Shown: positions 37,662-48,143 of the stretch, in pieces
Layout of the letters: every line of letters begins with the position of its first letter
Numbering within the stretch: the first letter of the stretch is position 1
Assembly: GCA_965218395.1 (NCBI GenBank)
Contig: OZ244620.1
Span: 1,413,268 to 1,477,267 of the forward strand
DNA: 64,000 bases
Reading direction: 5' to 3'
Source of the DNA: an uncultured Candidatus Binatia bacterium
GTDB lineage: Bacteria > Desulfobacterota > Binatia > Bin18
Notes under the pieces: generated by a model
What the model was told of the DNA's origin: nothing
Database searches by the model: none
The model's input: only the letters and a program-made list of their open reading frames with translations
Program-made: the position numbers and the translations under genes

Positions 37662-37994
37662 TTCACAGAAAGAGTCCGGAGTGGACGCTAGGCAGGCGCT
37701 GGCAGCATAGGAGGGAGGGTTTATGTTCTGGTTTGGGTTTATCGTTGGGGCGGTCTCGGCCACCGTGTTTATTCTGTACGGCAATGGTGAGCTGGTGGTG
37801 AAACTCCACGATCGGATCAAGAGTGTCTCCGATCGGTTTTGGGAGTCGCAGAAAAAATAAGCAGCGCTTCATTCCGATCCTCACAGCGCTCTTTCATTTG
37901 GACGGCCTTTTTTGTTCCGCTCACTTTGTTCGCCTCTTGGCCTTGTGCTAGAGTTCGGGCAAGCGAGAAGCATATCAGTAAGGAGGGCAGGCGT

Positions 37995-39203
37995 ATGGCA
38001 AAGCCGCTGGATGGAATTCGGGTCCTTGACTGGACCATATGGCAGCAGGGGCCGGTCGCGACCATGATGCTCGGCGACCTCGGTGCCGAGGTCATCAAGC
38101 TCGAAGAGCGCGTGGGGGGCGACCCTGGGCGCGGCGTAATGCAAATTGCCGGGGCCAAAACCGGCGCGCGCAACTATTATTTTGAAGCCAATAACCGGCA
38201 TAAAAAAAGCCTCACGCTCGATCTCAAGAAGCCCGAGGCCAAGGAAATCGTCTATAAGCTGGTCGAAAAGTCCGACGTCTTTGTCCAGAACTATCGCAAG
38301 GGCGTGGCGGCCAGGCTCGGCCTCGACTATGCCACCCTCTCGAAATACAACCCCAAACTGATCTATGCCAGCGCCACCGGCTATGGTCCGCACGGGCCGG
38401 ACGCGGGGGAGCCCTCCTTCGACTATATGGGCCTGGCCCGGTCCGGGATCATGACCGCGGCGGGTGAGCCGGACATGGAGCCCGTGAATATCACCGGCGG
38501 TATCGCCGACCAAATGGGCGCCATCATGCTGGCCCACGGGATTACCGTGGCCCTGTTGGCCCGCGAGCGCCTGGGCGTCGGCCAGGAGGTCGATACCTCG
38601 CATCTGGGCAGCATGATGGCCCTCCAGGGGCTCAATCTGGCCTGTCGCCTGACCCTGGGTAAAGAGTTCAAGCGTTTTTATCGCACCAAGGCGGTCAACC
38701 CGCTCTGGAATCACTATAAGTGCCAGGACGATAAATGGGTCTGTCTGGCCATGCCGCAAGCCGACCGCTACTGGCCGGATTTCTGCAAGACGCTCGGCAT
38801 TCCGGAGTTGGAGAAGGACCCGCGCTTTGAGAACATGAAGGTGCGCGGTCGCAACGCCGAGGAGATCATCGCCATTGTCGATAAAATTTTCGCCTCAAAG
38901 CCACGCGCCGAATGGATGCAAATCCTGAAGGACGGCGGTGATTTTATCTATACCCTGGTGAATAATATCACCGACCTGCCCGACGACCCGCAAATGCAGG
39001 CCAACGACTATGTCGTGGATTATGAGCACCCCACCTGGGGCGAAACGCAGATCGTCGGCTCACCCCTGATCTTGAGCAAGACGCCGGCCGACCCGAAGGC
39101 CACGGCCCCGGAGTTTGGCGAGCATACCGAACAGGTGCTGGTCGATATGCTGGGCTATTCCTGGGAGGACGTGGGAAAGTTGCGAGAGTCTGAGGTCCTG
39201 TAG
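37995..39203 (+). CDS. CaiB/BaiF family III CoA-transferase
   Basis: Start MAKPLDGIRVLDWT. GPVATMMLGDLGAEVIKLE and catalytic Asp region typical of family III CoA-transferases. Confidence 0.75.
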   Translation: MAKPLDGIRVLDWTIWQQGPVATMMLGDLGAEVIKLEERVGGDPGRGVMQIAGAKTGARNYYFEANNRHKKSLTLDLKKPEAKEIVYKLVEKSDVFVQNYRKGVAARLGLDYATLSKYNPKLIYASATGYGPHGPDAGEPSFDYMGLARSGIMTAAGEPDMEPVNITGGIADQMGAIMLAHGITVALLARERLGVGQEVDTSHLGSMMALQGLNLACRLTLGKEFKRFYRTKAVNPLWNHYKCQDDKWVCLAMPQADRYWPDFCKTLGIPELEKDPRFENMKVRGRNAEEIIAIVDKIFASKPRAEWMQILKDGGDFIYTLVNNITDLPDDPQMQANDYVVDYEHPTWGETQIVGSPLILSKTPADPKATAPEFGEHTEQVLVDMLGYSWEDVGKLRESEVL

Positions 39204-39273
39204 AGGCTGCCGTAGGGGCAGCCCGTGTGGCTGCCCGTGGCGCTACAAAGAGTAAACGTGTCCAGCTTCTATA

Positions 39274-40245
39274 CTATTTGGATTGAAGGATACGTTTACT
39301 CTTCGGCCAAACAACCCGATGCCGCAACGCTTCCCCCCGCACGTAACGCCGGAGATTCTCCAGCCACAGTTCGCCGACCCGCGGCAGATAGAGCGGCGAG
39401 GTTGAGGCCGTATGCGGGGTGATAAACACATTCGGCATATCCCATAAGTCGTCGTCCGCGGGCCACGGCTCGGTAGGCAGGACGTCGAGGCAGGCGTGGC
39501 GCAGCGCTCCCGCCCGGAGCGCCTCTTTGAGCGCAATCATATCGACGATGATCCCGCGCGCGATATTGATCAGCGTGGCAGAGGGTTTCATGAGCGCCAG
39601 CGCATCCGCGCCGATGAGCCCGCGCGTCCGGGGGGTGGCCGGAATGGCCAGAATGACAAAGTCGGCCTCGGGCAGAAACCGGTGGAGGTCGGCCAGCGTG
39701 CCGTGCTGGTCTACTCCGAGCACAGCTTGAGTTGATTGACGAATACCGAGAATCCGCATCCCAAAGCCGCTCAGCATGGCAACAATACGCCTGCCAATGG
39801 CACCCAGGCCGACGACCAGAGCGGTTTTGTCGCTCAGGCTTTCAAGCCCGACCTCCTGCCATCTATGCTGGCGTTGACGGGCGGACAGTTCTCCGAATCG
39901 TTTTGCCGACCACAGCACAAAGCCCACGGCGAACTCCGCCACCTCAGGCGCGTTTGTGCCAGGACTATGGGAAACGAGCGCGCCTTTGGCCCGCATGGCG
40001 TCATAGAAACGGCCGTCCGTGCCGGCGTCTTCGGTATGCGCCCAGCGTGGCTGCGGGAGCTGTAGCGTGGCGTCTATGAAGGCTTTACGATATGCGTCGC
40101 CGGCTAACACGATAAGGTCGCAGTCATCCGGCGGGGCCGACCAGGAGCCGTCCGGCTCAATCAAAGCCCAGCCCAACTCCGGCACAATGGCCTGAGCGCG
40201 TTCGCCAAAACGGACAAAAAATTCTCGGCCGGCCGCAACTTTCAT
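39274..40245 (-). CDS. D-isomer-specific 2-hydroxyacid dehydrogenase family NAD-binding protein
   Basis: Start trimmed to MKVAAGREF. GLGAIGRRIA Rossmann motif, catalytic His in FITPHTAS. Confidence 0.75.
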   Translation of the reverse strand: MKVAAGREFFVRFGERAQAIVPELGWALIEPDGSWSAPPDDCDLIVLAGDAYRKAFIDATLQLPQPRWAHTEDAGTDGRFYDAMRAKGALVSHSPGTNAPEVAEFAVGFVLWSAKRFGELSARQRQHRWQEVGLESLSDKTALVVGLGAIGRRIVAMLSGFGMRILGIRQSTQAVLGVDQHGTLADLHRFLPEADFVILAIPATPRTRGLIGADALALMKPSATLINIARGIIVDMIALKEALRAGALRHACLDVLPTEPWPADDDLWDMPNVFITPHTASTSPLYLPRVGELWLENLRRYVRGEALRHRVVWPKSKRILQSK

Positions 40246-40368
40246 CAGGACCTCCCTGTCCAGCGGTCTTACCACGGAAGAGAAGCGTCTGCCTATGGCG
40301 GCAGGGAAGTCCGCGCGCTGGACAGCCCAGTCCAAATATGCGACACGGCAGCACAGAGGAGCACTCGC

Positions 40369-41391
40369 ATGAAATTCGGCATTATCCACGACTTCCGCAA
40401 TCCAGCCCCATGGCACCGCCCCTATCCGGAGCTATATCACGCCCTGCTCGATCAAATCGTTCGGGCTGAAGAACTGGGCTATGACAATGTCTGGCTGGCG
40501 GAACATCACTTCACCGCAGACGGTTATAATCCGTCCAGCCTGCCGACCGCCGCGGCCATTGCCGCGCGCACGAGCCGCATTCGGATTGGGACCTATATTC
40601 TGCTGATGCCGTTTCAGCACCCGGTCCGGGTGGCCGAAGACACGACCTGCATCGATATCTGGTCAAACGGGCGTTTTGATATGGGAGCCGGCCAGGGCTA
40701 TGCCGCGGGCGAGTTTCAGGCTTTGCATATTCCACGCAAGGAACGTTCGGCTCGCCTGGCGGAAGGCGTCGAATTGGTCCGCCGCTTATGGACCGAAGAA
40801 AAGGTGACGTTCGAGGGCCGCTTTACGCAGGTCAGTGACCTGACGCTCTCTCCGAAGCCCGTCCAGCAACCGCATATTCCGCTCTGGATTGGCGCACGGG
40901 CCGACAGGGCGATTCGGCGCGTGGCCCAAATGGGCTGTCATCTCATGGCGACGATCGGGCCGGACCCCGCCCCGCTCTATATCCAGACCCTGAGAGAAAA
41001 CGGCCATGACCCGACCGATTTCAACATCGGACAAATCCGGATGGTCTACGTCGCCGAGAATGAAGACCAGGCCTGGGAAGATGTCCAGGAGCAGCTGCAC
41101 TATTCCATGCAGTACTACGGCGTCATCTTGGCCGAAGCCAACGACGCGCCGGGCGACGCAGACGGCTGGCAGTTCACCCACGCCAGCCAACTCCGTGACT
41201 CAGGCTTTGGCCGGGCCGCCATGATCGGTACCCCGAACCAGGTCGCCCGCAAAATGGAAAAGTTCCGCCAGCGTTTTCACTGCACCCATTTTGTGCTGGG
41301 GACGCAACTCCCAGGACTCGACCCCCCAAAGGTCACGCGCTCGCTGGAACTATTTGCCCAGGAGGTCATGCCGGAGTTTCGGGAGAGGTAG
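40369..41391 (+). CDS. LLM-class (luciferase-like) flavin/F420-dependent oxidoreductase
   Basis: MKFGII..., VWLAEHHF, TIM-barrel LLM motifs. Confidence 0.75.
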   Translation: MKFGIIHDFRNPAPWHRPYPELYHALLDQIVRAEELGYDNVWLAEHHFTADGYNPSSLPTAAAIAARTSRIRIGTYILLMPFQHPVRVAEDTTCIDIWSNGRFDMGAGQGYAAGEFQALHIPRKERSARLAEGVELVRRLWTEEKVTFEGRFTQVSDLTLSPKPVQQPHIPLWIGARADRAIRRVAQMGCHLMATIGPDPAPLYIQTLRENGHDPTDFNIGQIRMVYVAENEDQAWEDVQEQLHYSMQYYGVILAEANDAPGDADGWQFTHASQLRDSGFGRAAMIGTPNQVARKMEKFRQRFHCTHFVLGTQLPGLDPPKVTRSLELFAQEVMPEFRER

Positions 41392-41451
41392 CGCATACGC
41401 CCATTCCAATCTTCTCGCTTTTCCGTACAATAAGGCGTAAGAGTTCTCGCT

Positions 41452-41715
41452 ATGCCCCAAAGACTGCCTCAGTTGCTCAAAGAATTAACGCCGCAAGAAC
41501 AGGCACAAGTCGAAACCTTTGCGGCCTTCATCCTCGCGCGCCGAAAACTCCAGCAGCCCCAACTCCTCACGAACGATCTTTCAGTCCAAGAACTCACTCA
41601 GCTTGTTGCTTCAGCAGGGAGCTTTGAGTGGCTCGAAGAGGAGGAGGATATTTATTCCCCGGATGATGGTGAGGCAGTGCAGTGGCCCAGTCCCCCGTCA
41701 AACGAGGAAGCGTAG
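41452..41715 (+). CDS. Hypothetical acidic small protein, putative antitoxin of downstream MazF-like gene
   Basis: 87 aa, acidic C-terminus (EEEEDIYSPDDGE). 34-bp overlap with the downstream toxin gene. Confidence 0.35.
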   Translation: MPQRLPQLLKELTPQEQAQVETFAAFILARRKLQQPQLLTNDLSVQELTQLVASAGSFEWLEEEEDIYSPDDGEAVQWPSPPSNEEA

Positions 41716-42044
41716 TTCTGATACGCTATCCATTTACGAACCTGACCGGAGCAAAGGTTCGACCCGCACTCGTTCTGACACCTGATTCTCTGCTGTCTCG
41801 TCTTGATGATGTCCTATGCCTCTTCATATCATCCTCGCTCCCCGAAGACCTTCTCCCGACCGATCTTGTCCTGAACGCCGAGCATCCTTCTTTTTCCAAA
41901 ACAGGGTTGAGGCGGCGCTCCGTGTTGAGAGCACACAAATTAGCCTTGCTTCAAAAATCCCTTGTGCTGCGCCAGCTAGGAGAAATCGAGCAGCCACTCC
42001 TTGATAAAATCAATCAGCGGTTACGGGTGGCTTTAGGGTTATAG
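41682..42044 (+). CDS. MazF/PemK-like toxin
   Basis: RGSVVLIRYPFTNLTGAKVRPALVLTPD is a PemK-like signature. Confidence 0.6.
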   Translation: MAQSPVKRGSVVLIRYPFTNLTGAKVRPALVLTPDSLLSRLDDVLCLFISSSLPEDLLPTDLVLNAEHPSFSKTGLRRRSVLRAHKLALLQKSLVLRQLGEIEQPLLDKINQRLRVALGL

Positions 42045-42152
42045 TTCTGTAGCGAACTGAGGCAACCCAGCATAGGGCTGAATTAGTTGAGAATTGGGAG
42101 CGTGCTGGGCGGCAGGACCCACTGCATCCGATCGAGCCGTTGGAGTAGAGCC

Positions 42153-42440
42153 ATGCTAAAAGATATTGTGAAAGCCCAGCCAACAACGAACTATTGTCTT
42201 TACCTTTGTTTTGAAGATGGGGTGGAAGGTGAGGTCGATATCGCTCAGCTCATTCATTTTACTGGTATTTTTGCTCCTCTGAAGGAGCAGTCCGAGTTTA
42301 GGAAAGTCTCCGTGAAGCCTGAACTCGGAACGATCTGTTGGCCGAATGGGGCTGACCTTGACCCTGATGTGCTTTACGCTCGAATAACCGGACAGGCTCT
42401 TCCAAGCGTCTCCACAGAAGAATCAAGGACCATAGGTTAA
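42153..42440 (+). CDS. DUF2442 domain protein
   Basis: Start MLKDIVKAQ. CLYLCFEDGVEGEVDI...ICWPNGADLDPD is typical of DUF2442. Confidence 0.5.
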   Translation: MLKDIVKAQPTTNYCLYLCFEDGVEGEVDIAQLIHFTGIFAPLKEQSEFRKVSVKPELGTICWPNGADLDPDVLYARITGQALPSVSTEESRTIG

Positions 42441-42462
42441 CCCGCAACGCGTTCCATCACTG

Positions 42463-43032
42463 TCAGGCCAGCTCCTGCTCGATATACGCCAAGGCTTGCT
42501 GCGGAGTGGGAACCGCGGTGTAGAGACCGCGAAATTTCCGGTTGATGAGCGCTTCGGCAAAGCCACGCTCGAATTGCTGCAACAGGCCGTCGAAATAGCC
42601 GTTGGTGTTCACCAGAACAATCGGCTTGGAGTGAAAGCCGAGCTGCTTCAGGGAGATCACCTCAAGGACTTCCTCGAATGTCCCAAACCCGCCCGGCAGG
42701 GCGATAAAGGCGTTCCCACGTTCATCCAGTCCCTGCTTCCGGCTGCGCATATCATCGGCGGTATGCATTTCATGCCCGGCCTGTCCGTAGCCGTCTTCGA
42801 GAAAGCGCGTCAGGATCACACCGACCACCCGCCCGCCGGCGGCCAGCATGGCTTGGGATACGGCTCCCATCAGGCCGGTATTGCCGCCGCCATAGATTAA
42901 GGTGTAGTCGCGCTGGGCCAATAGTTGGCCCAGTTCGGCCGCCGCGTCCAGATACACCTGCGGACAGCGTTTGCTTGACGCGCAGTAGACGGTGATGGCC
43001 CGCGGGCGATCGTGGGAGTGGGAAGAGGACAT
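42463..43032 (-). CDS. LOG family protein (cytokinin riboside 5-prime-monophosphate phosphoribohydrolase-like, TIGR00730)
   Basis: ITVYCASS, GGGNTGLMGAV, PGGFGTFEE motifs. Confidence 0.75.
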   Translation of the reverse strand: MSSSHSHDRPRAITVYCASSKRCPQVYLDAAAELGQLLAQRDYTLIYGGGNTGLMGAVSQAMLAAGGRVVGVILTRFLEDGYGQAGHEMHTADDMRSRKQGLDERGNAFIALPGGFGTFEEVLEVISLKQLGFHSKPIVLVNTNGYFDGLLQQFERGFAEALINRKFRGLYTAVPTPQQALAYIEQELA

Positions 43033-43118
43033 TGGGGTGTAACGGAGCTGTTATGCGGTAGGCTCGGGAAGGAGGTCTGATGCACTCAGAGAGTCAGCAC
43101 CCCCTCCCCATTTCTCCC

Positions 43119-43415
43119 TTATGAGAGATTGTTCACCACACCGTCCATACCACTCCACTCAACAATAGGCGTGAGGCGGCGTTTGGTAATCAAGCCCTGG
43201 GCAACCAGCGTCGAAAAGGTGGTGAAGGTCTTGGCATGATCCTGGATATCCAGAACCAGCACGATCTTCGCCTCTTCGTTCGAGGCCCAGGGTCCGGCTT
43301 TCAGCGTGACCCCCTCGGGAAAGCCGGTCTCTCCGCTTAAGACCCCCTTGAACATATTATGGACCTCTTTGGTCCGGGCCGGTTCCCAATAGATCTCGTC
43401 CAAATAGAGCGGCAT
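43119..43415 (-). CDS. DUF3303-like small protein
   Basis: Start MPLYLDEIYW (ATG at 43415). Family assignment tentative. Confidence 0.35.
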   Translation of the reverse strand: MPLYLDEIYWEPARTKEVHNMFKGVLSGETGFPEGVTLKAGPWASNEEAKIVLVLDIQDHAKTFTTFSTLVAQGLITKRRLTPIVEWSGMDGVVNNLS

Positions 43416-43590
43416 ACGATTTCCCTCCTTCTGGGATAGATTTGCTCGGGCATAGCAAAAAAACCGCATCCAGCCTAGCCCTTGACTACGCCGGGCAGCG
43501 CTCCCACCTTTGGCATTCCGGGTGCGGTGTGCTAGCGTCTGCGCCAAGGCGTTGTACAGAGAATGTTGCCAACACGGGAGGGAGGCACCA

Positions 43591-44778
43591 ATGGCATTGC
43601 CGCTACAAGGGATTCGCGTGCTGGATATTGCCAGCATGTTGGCCGGTCCGTATGGCGCGACCATGCTGGGCGATATGGGTGCGGACGTGATTAAAATCGA
43701 GCCCCCCTATGGGGATGAATCCCGTGCCATTGGTCCCAAGGTCGAGAATGACAGCGGCTTCTATGTCGGGATTAACCGCAATAAACGCGGCATGGTGCTG
43801 GACCTGACCCAGCCGGAGGGCAAAGCCCTGTATTTCCGGTTGGTCCGCACGGCCGACATTATTGTCGACAACCTCCGCCCCCAGGCCAAAGCCAAGCTGG
43901 GGGTGACGTATGAAGAAACGTGCCAGCATAACGACAAAATCATCTGCATCTCGGTCAGCGCCTTTGGTCAGGACGGACCGTATGGCGGCCGGCCGGGCAT
44001 CGACCCCCTGGCCCAGGCGCTGACCGGCTTTATGAGCGTCACCGGAGAGCGGGACGGCAAGCCCCTGAAGGCCGGGCCGGCCATCGCCGACGCCACCTGT
44101 GCCAATCTGGTCGCCTTTGCCGCCATGGTCGGCCTGTGGACCCGCGAGCAACAGGGCATTGGTCAGCAGATTGAGCTGTGTCTGATGGACGGACTGATCC
44201 ACGTTCAGCCGTCCCAGGTCGGCCAATTCTTTCTCAGTCAGTACATCCAGCCGCGCGTCGGGAATGCCAGCCCGTTTTATGCGCCTTACGGAACCTTCAG
44301 GTGTCGGGATGGCCGGGACATTCAGATTGCCTCGTTCAATAATAAGTTCTTCCACAATATCTGCCGCGCGATCGAACGCGAGGACCTGATGGCGGACCCG
44401 CGCTTTGAGACCGGAGCGCTTCGCCTGCAACACGAAGCCGCCCTCAATGAGGAGTTGCAGGCCGAGTTTGCCAAAAGAGACGTCGATGACATGATGCAGC
44501 GCTTGAGTGCGGCCGACGTGATGGCCGCGCCGGTGAACAGCTTGCCCGAAACCTTTGCCGACCCCCAGGTCCGGCATAACAACATGGCGGTCGAGGTGGA
44601 CCATGCGCGGGTCGGCCCACTCAAGGTTGGCGGCATTCCGGCCAAGCTCAAGAAAACGCCGGGCGCCGTGCGCCTCGCCCCGCCGACCCTGGGTCAGCAT
44701 ACCTGGGAGATCTTGCAGGAACTGGGCCTGAGTGGCGATGAGGTGGAGCAACTGAAACACAAGGGTGTGGTGAAGTAG
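43591..44778 (+). CDS. CaiB/BaiF family III CoA-transferase
   Basis: Start MALPLQGIRVLDIASMLAGPYGATMLGDMGADVIKIE. Family III CoA-transferase N-terminus. Confidence 0.75.
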   Translation: MALPLQGIRVLDIASMLAGPYGATMLGDMGADVIKIEPPYGDESRAIGPKVENDSGFYVGINRNKRGMVLDLTQPEGKALYFRLVRTADIIVDNLRPQAKAKLGVTYEETCQHNDKIICISVSAFGQDGPYGGRPGIDPLAQALTGFMSVTGERDGKPLKAGPAIADATCANLVAFAAMVGLWTREQQGIGQQIELCLMDGLIHVQPSQVGQFFLSQYIQPRVGNASPFYAPYGTFRCRDGRDIQIASFNNKFFHNICRAIEREDLMADPRFETGALRLQHEAALNEELQAEFAKRDVDDMMQRLSAADVMAAPVNSLPETFADPQVRHNNMAVEVDHARVGPLKVGGIPAKLKKTPGAVRLAPPTLGQHTWEILQELGLSGDEVEQLKHKGVVK

Positions 44779-44822
44779 GGGCGAAAGATTTTTCGCCCGT
44801 ACAAAGGAAGAAGGGAGGGGGC

Positions 44823-46442
44823 ATGCCCCGAGGAGCCGATGGCATCGTTCTGGCCCTGAAAGAGGCCGGTGTCTCGACCATTTTTGGTATCCCCAGCATC
44901 CATAATATCGGCCTGTACGAGTCCCTGCGCCACGAGCCCTCGATTCGGCATATTGGCTGTCGGCACGAGGCCGGCGCCACCCATATGGCGGACGGTTATG
45001 CCCGGGCGAGCGGTGGGCTGGGGGTTATTGTCTCGTCCACCGGCCCAGGCGCGGGATTTACGGTTTCGGCCCTACAGGAAGCCTGGGGCAGTTGCTCGCC
45101 GGTCCTGATGATTACGACCAATATCGACGCCGCCAAGATTGGCAAAGGTTTGGGCGTCCTGCACGAACTGGAAGAACAGACCTCTCTCTTTCGGACCATT
45201 ACCAAAGAGGTGATTATTCCTCGGACGGGCGATGATTTGTATGCGGCCGCACGGCGCGCCATCGCCCTGGCTCAGGCCGGCCGGCCCGGCCCGGTGTGTC
45301 TGGAAGTCCCCACCGACCTGATGGCCGGAGAAGCACCCGTGGCAACTCCGATCTCGTCGGACGACGCTCCAGCCTTCCCGCGGCTGCCTCCCCGGCTTGA
45401 CGAGGCGGTCGCCATTCTGCGTAACGCAAAACAGCCTCTCATTCTGGCCGGGACAGACGCGGCCCGGGCCGATATTGCCGGAGACCTCCAAGCCCTGGCC
45501 GAGGCTCTATGCGCGCCCGTCATCACCAACACGCCGGGCAAGGGTGTGGTGCCGGAAGATCACGCCCTGGCATTCGGCAATGCCGCGCGCAAACTGGTGG
45601 TCAAAGACCTCGTGCCCGGCTGCGATGCGGCCGTCGTGATTGGTTCCCGGCTGCGTGAGGTCGATGCCAAACGGCGCGGCTTGGCCCTGCCCGAACAGTT
45701 GATTCATGTGGATTGGGACGAGCGTTGGATCAGCAGAAATTATCCGGCCGCGCTGCCGCTGGTCGGCGATATTGGAGCCATTACCCGCGCGCTACGGGAC
45801 CAACTCGAAGGAGAACCCTACACCGGTCCGCGCCAGGAACGGACCGCGGCGTGGCGGCGGCAGGCGGATGCGGAGATCGAGCGACTCGGCCGGGAGCGGC
45901 CGGAAATTCAGTCGCTCCAGGCGATTCGGGCCGTGCTGCCCCGAGACAGCGCCCTGGTAGTCGATAATACCCAGCTTGGCTATTGGGCCGAGTATTTTTA
46001 TCCGTCTTACCAGGCCAACGGGATCATCGGGGCCAAGGGCTCCGGTCTGCTCGGCTTCAGTTTTCCGGCGGCCGTTGGTGCCAAGCTGGCGCGGCCTGAC
46101 ACCCCGGTTGTCGGCCTGATCGGAGACGGGGGCTTTCTCTACACGGCGCAGGAATTGGCTACCTGCGTGCGCCACAAGGTTGGCTTTCCCCTCATTGTGG
46201 TCAACGATGATGCGTTTGGGGTGATCGGCTATTTGCAGCGGACCGCGTATCAGGAGGCGTATCAAGCCCAGCTCACGAACCCGGACTTCCTGGCCTTCGC
46301 CGCAGCCTTTGGCGTCCCGGCAACGCGCGTCCAGTCTCCGGCAGAACTCCAAGCGACCCTGGACCGGACGCTCGCCTGCGGAGAGATGCATCTCATTGAA
46401 TATCAGATGACCATTCAGGAACCCCCGTTCGGGAAGTACTGA
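44823..46442 (+). CDS. Thiamine pyrophosphate-dependent enzyme (acetolactate synthase / benzoylformate decarboxylase-like)
   Basis: TPP N-terminal PYR domain (GIPSIHNIGLYE...GCRHEAGATHMADGYAR), central domain, and C-terminal GDGGFLYTAQEL TPP-binding motif. Confidence 0.75.
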   Translation: MPRGADGIVLALKEAGVSTIFGIPSIHNIGLYESLRHEPSIRHIGCRHEAGATHMADGYARASGGLGVIVSSTGPGAGFTVSALQEAWGSCSPVLMITTNIDAAKIGKGLGVLHELEEQTSLFRTITKEVIIPRTGDDLYAAARRAIALAQAGRPGPVCLEVPTDLMAGEAPVATPISSDDAPAFPRLPPRLDEAVAILRNAKQPLILAGTDAARADIAGDLQALAEALCAPVITNTPGKGVVPEDHALAFGNAARKLVVKDLVPGCDAAVVIGSRLREVDAKRRGLALPEQLIHVDWDERWISRNYPAALPLVGDIGAITRALRDQLEGEPYTGPRQERTAAWRRQADAEIERLGRERPEIQSLQAIRAVLPRDSALVVDNTQLGYWAEYFYPSYQANGIIGAKGSGLLGFSFPAAVGAKLARPDTPVVGLIGDGGFLYTAQELATCVRHKVGFPLIVVNDDAFGVIGYLQRTAYQEAYQAQLTNPDFLAFAAAFGVPATRVQSPAELQATLDRTLACGEMHLIEYQMTIQEPPFGKY

Positions 46443-46486
46443 AGAGATAGAGAGCGGAGATAGAGATAGAGGTTTAAGGAGTATTT

Positions 46487-48103
46487 ATGGCACAGCGTCG
46501 AACCACCATTTGGGGCTGGGGATTCGAAGACGAACAGCCCACCCCGGAACAGAAAAAAAATATCGCCAAGGGCATTGCCGAGAGTGTCGGGGCGAGCGAT
46601 TTTAGCCTGGACCCGGAGCCGCGCGTTGAAGACATTCGGCTCCGCGCGCCGCGCCTCTCAGCGCCCGCGTCTCTCGCTGGCTTCTGCTCGACCGAAACCT
46701 ACGACCGCGCGGCCCATTCCTATGGCAAAGCCCTGCCCGATATCGTGCGGGCCTTCCATCTGGACTTTCCGAACCCGCCCGATGTGGTCGCCTTTCCCAG
46801 GACCGAGGACGATGTGGTGGCCGTTTTGGACTGGTGCAACGAGGTGGGGGCTGCGGCTATTCCATTCGGCGGGGGATCGAGCGTCACCAGCGGCGTCGAG
46901 CCTCCGACGGGGGACGCCTATCCCGGTAGCGTGTCCATCGATCTGCGCTGCCTCGACAAAGTGCTGGAAATTGATGAGACCTCGCGCGCGGCCCGCATTC
47001 AGGCCGGCGTGTACGGCCCGGCCCTGGAAGCTCAGCTCAAACCGCGTGGCTATACCCTGCGGCATTATCCCCAGTCGTTCGAGTTCTCGACGCTGGGCGG
47101 CTGGATCGCAACCCGCTCGGGCGGACATTTTGCCACGCTGTACACCCATATTGATGACATGGTCGAGTCCACCCGGGTCGTCACCCCAAACGGTATTGTC
47201 GCCTCGCGCCGCCTGCCGGGGTCGGGCGCCGGTCCCAGCCCGGACCGCATGTTCATTGGCTCGGAGGGCATTCTGGGCATCATTACCGAAGCCTGGATGC
47301 GCTTGCAGCAGCGGCCGGTGTATCGGGCCTCAACCGCGGTGCATTTTGAAAAATTCGAGAATGGGGTGGAGGCGATTCGTTTGCTCAGCCAGTCGGGCCT
47401 GTATCCCACCAATTGTCGTATTCTCGACCCGACCGAGGTCAAACGGAATAATGTCGGCAATGGCACGGGCGGTAGCCTGCTCATGCTCGGCTTTGAATCC
47501 GCGGACCATCCGCTCGAAGCCTGGATCAACCGCGCGCTCGAATGCTGTACCGACCTCGGCGGCACGACACCCAACGGGGTGGTGATTAAGGGCGGCGGAG
47601 AAACCACGGGCCGGGGCGGCTCGGTTGGCGACTGGCGCAACGCCTTTATCCGCATGCCCTACGCCTTTTCGACCATGGCCGCCATGGGCGCGATATTCGA
47701 CACCACCGAGAGCTCGATTCCGTGGAATCGGTTTCACGAATTCCACGCCGGCGTGATGCGGGATGTCCAGAGCGCGCTGGATGAGGTGTGTGGCGGAGGC
47801 GTGTTGTCGTGCCGCTTTACCCACGTCTATCCCGACGGTCCCGCGCCGTATTTCACCTTTACCGGCATGGGCAAAAAGGGCAGCGAGCTGGAGCAGTGGC
47901 ACGAGATCAAAACCGCGGCGTCGGAGGCGGTCGTGCGCTATGGTGGCACGGTGACGCACCACCACTCCGTCGGTCGGACCCATCGTCCACAGTACGAGAA
48001 GCAACGCCCCGATCTGTTTGCCAGCGCCCTTCAGGCCGCGAAAGCCGCCCTTGATCCGCAGGGCCTGCTCAATCCGGGCGTGTTAATCGATCCGCGTCGC
48101 TGA
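46487..48103 (+). CDS. FAD-linked oxidase (FAD_binding_4; alkyl-DHAP synthase / D-lactate dehydrogenase-like)
   Basis: FGGGSSVTSG FAD-binding region, 538 aa, C-terminal FAD-oxidase_C-like region (HHHSVGRTH). Confidence 0.7.
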   Translation: MAQRRTTIWGWGFEDEQPTPEQKKNIAKGIAESVGASDFSLDPEPRVEDIRLRAPRLSAPASLAGFCSTETYDRAAHSYGKALPDIVRAFHLDFPNPPDVVAFPRTEDDVVAVLDWCNEVGAAAIPFGGGSSVTSGVEPPTGDAYPGSVSIDLRCLDKVLEIDETSRAARIQAGVYGPALEAQLKPRGYTLRHYPQSFEFSTLGGWIATRSGGHFATLYTHIDDMVESTRVVTPNGIVASRRLPGSGAGPSPDRMFIGSEGILGIITEAWMRLQQRPVYRASTAVHFEKFENGVEAIRLLSQSGLYPTNCRILDPTEVKRNNVGNGTGGSLLMLGFESADHPLEAWINRALECCTDLGGTTPNGVVIKGGGETTGRGGSVGDWRNAFIRMPYAFSTMAAMGAIFDTTESSIPWNRFHEFHAGVMRDVQSALDEVCGGGVLSCRFTHVYPDGPAPYFTFTGMGKKGSELEQWHEIKTAASEAVVRYGGTVTHHHSVGRTHRPQYEKQRPDLFASALQAAKAALDPQGLLNPGVLIDPRR

Positions 48104-48143
48104 TTCCGACGGCGCATCATATGAGGAGGAGCAGTAGATAACC

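Noticed and set aside
37723-37859. 45-codon ORF (MFWFGFIVGAVSATVFILYG...) upstream of the first CoA-transferase
   Set aside because: Plausible small membrane peptide, but too short to support without conservation or expression data, so not listed as a feature.
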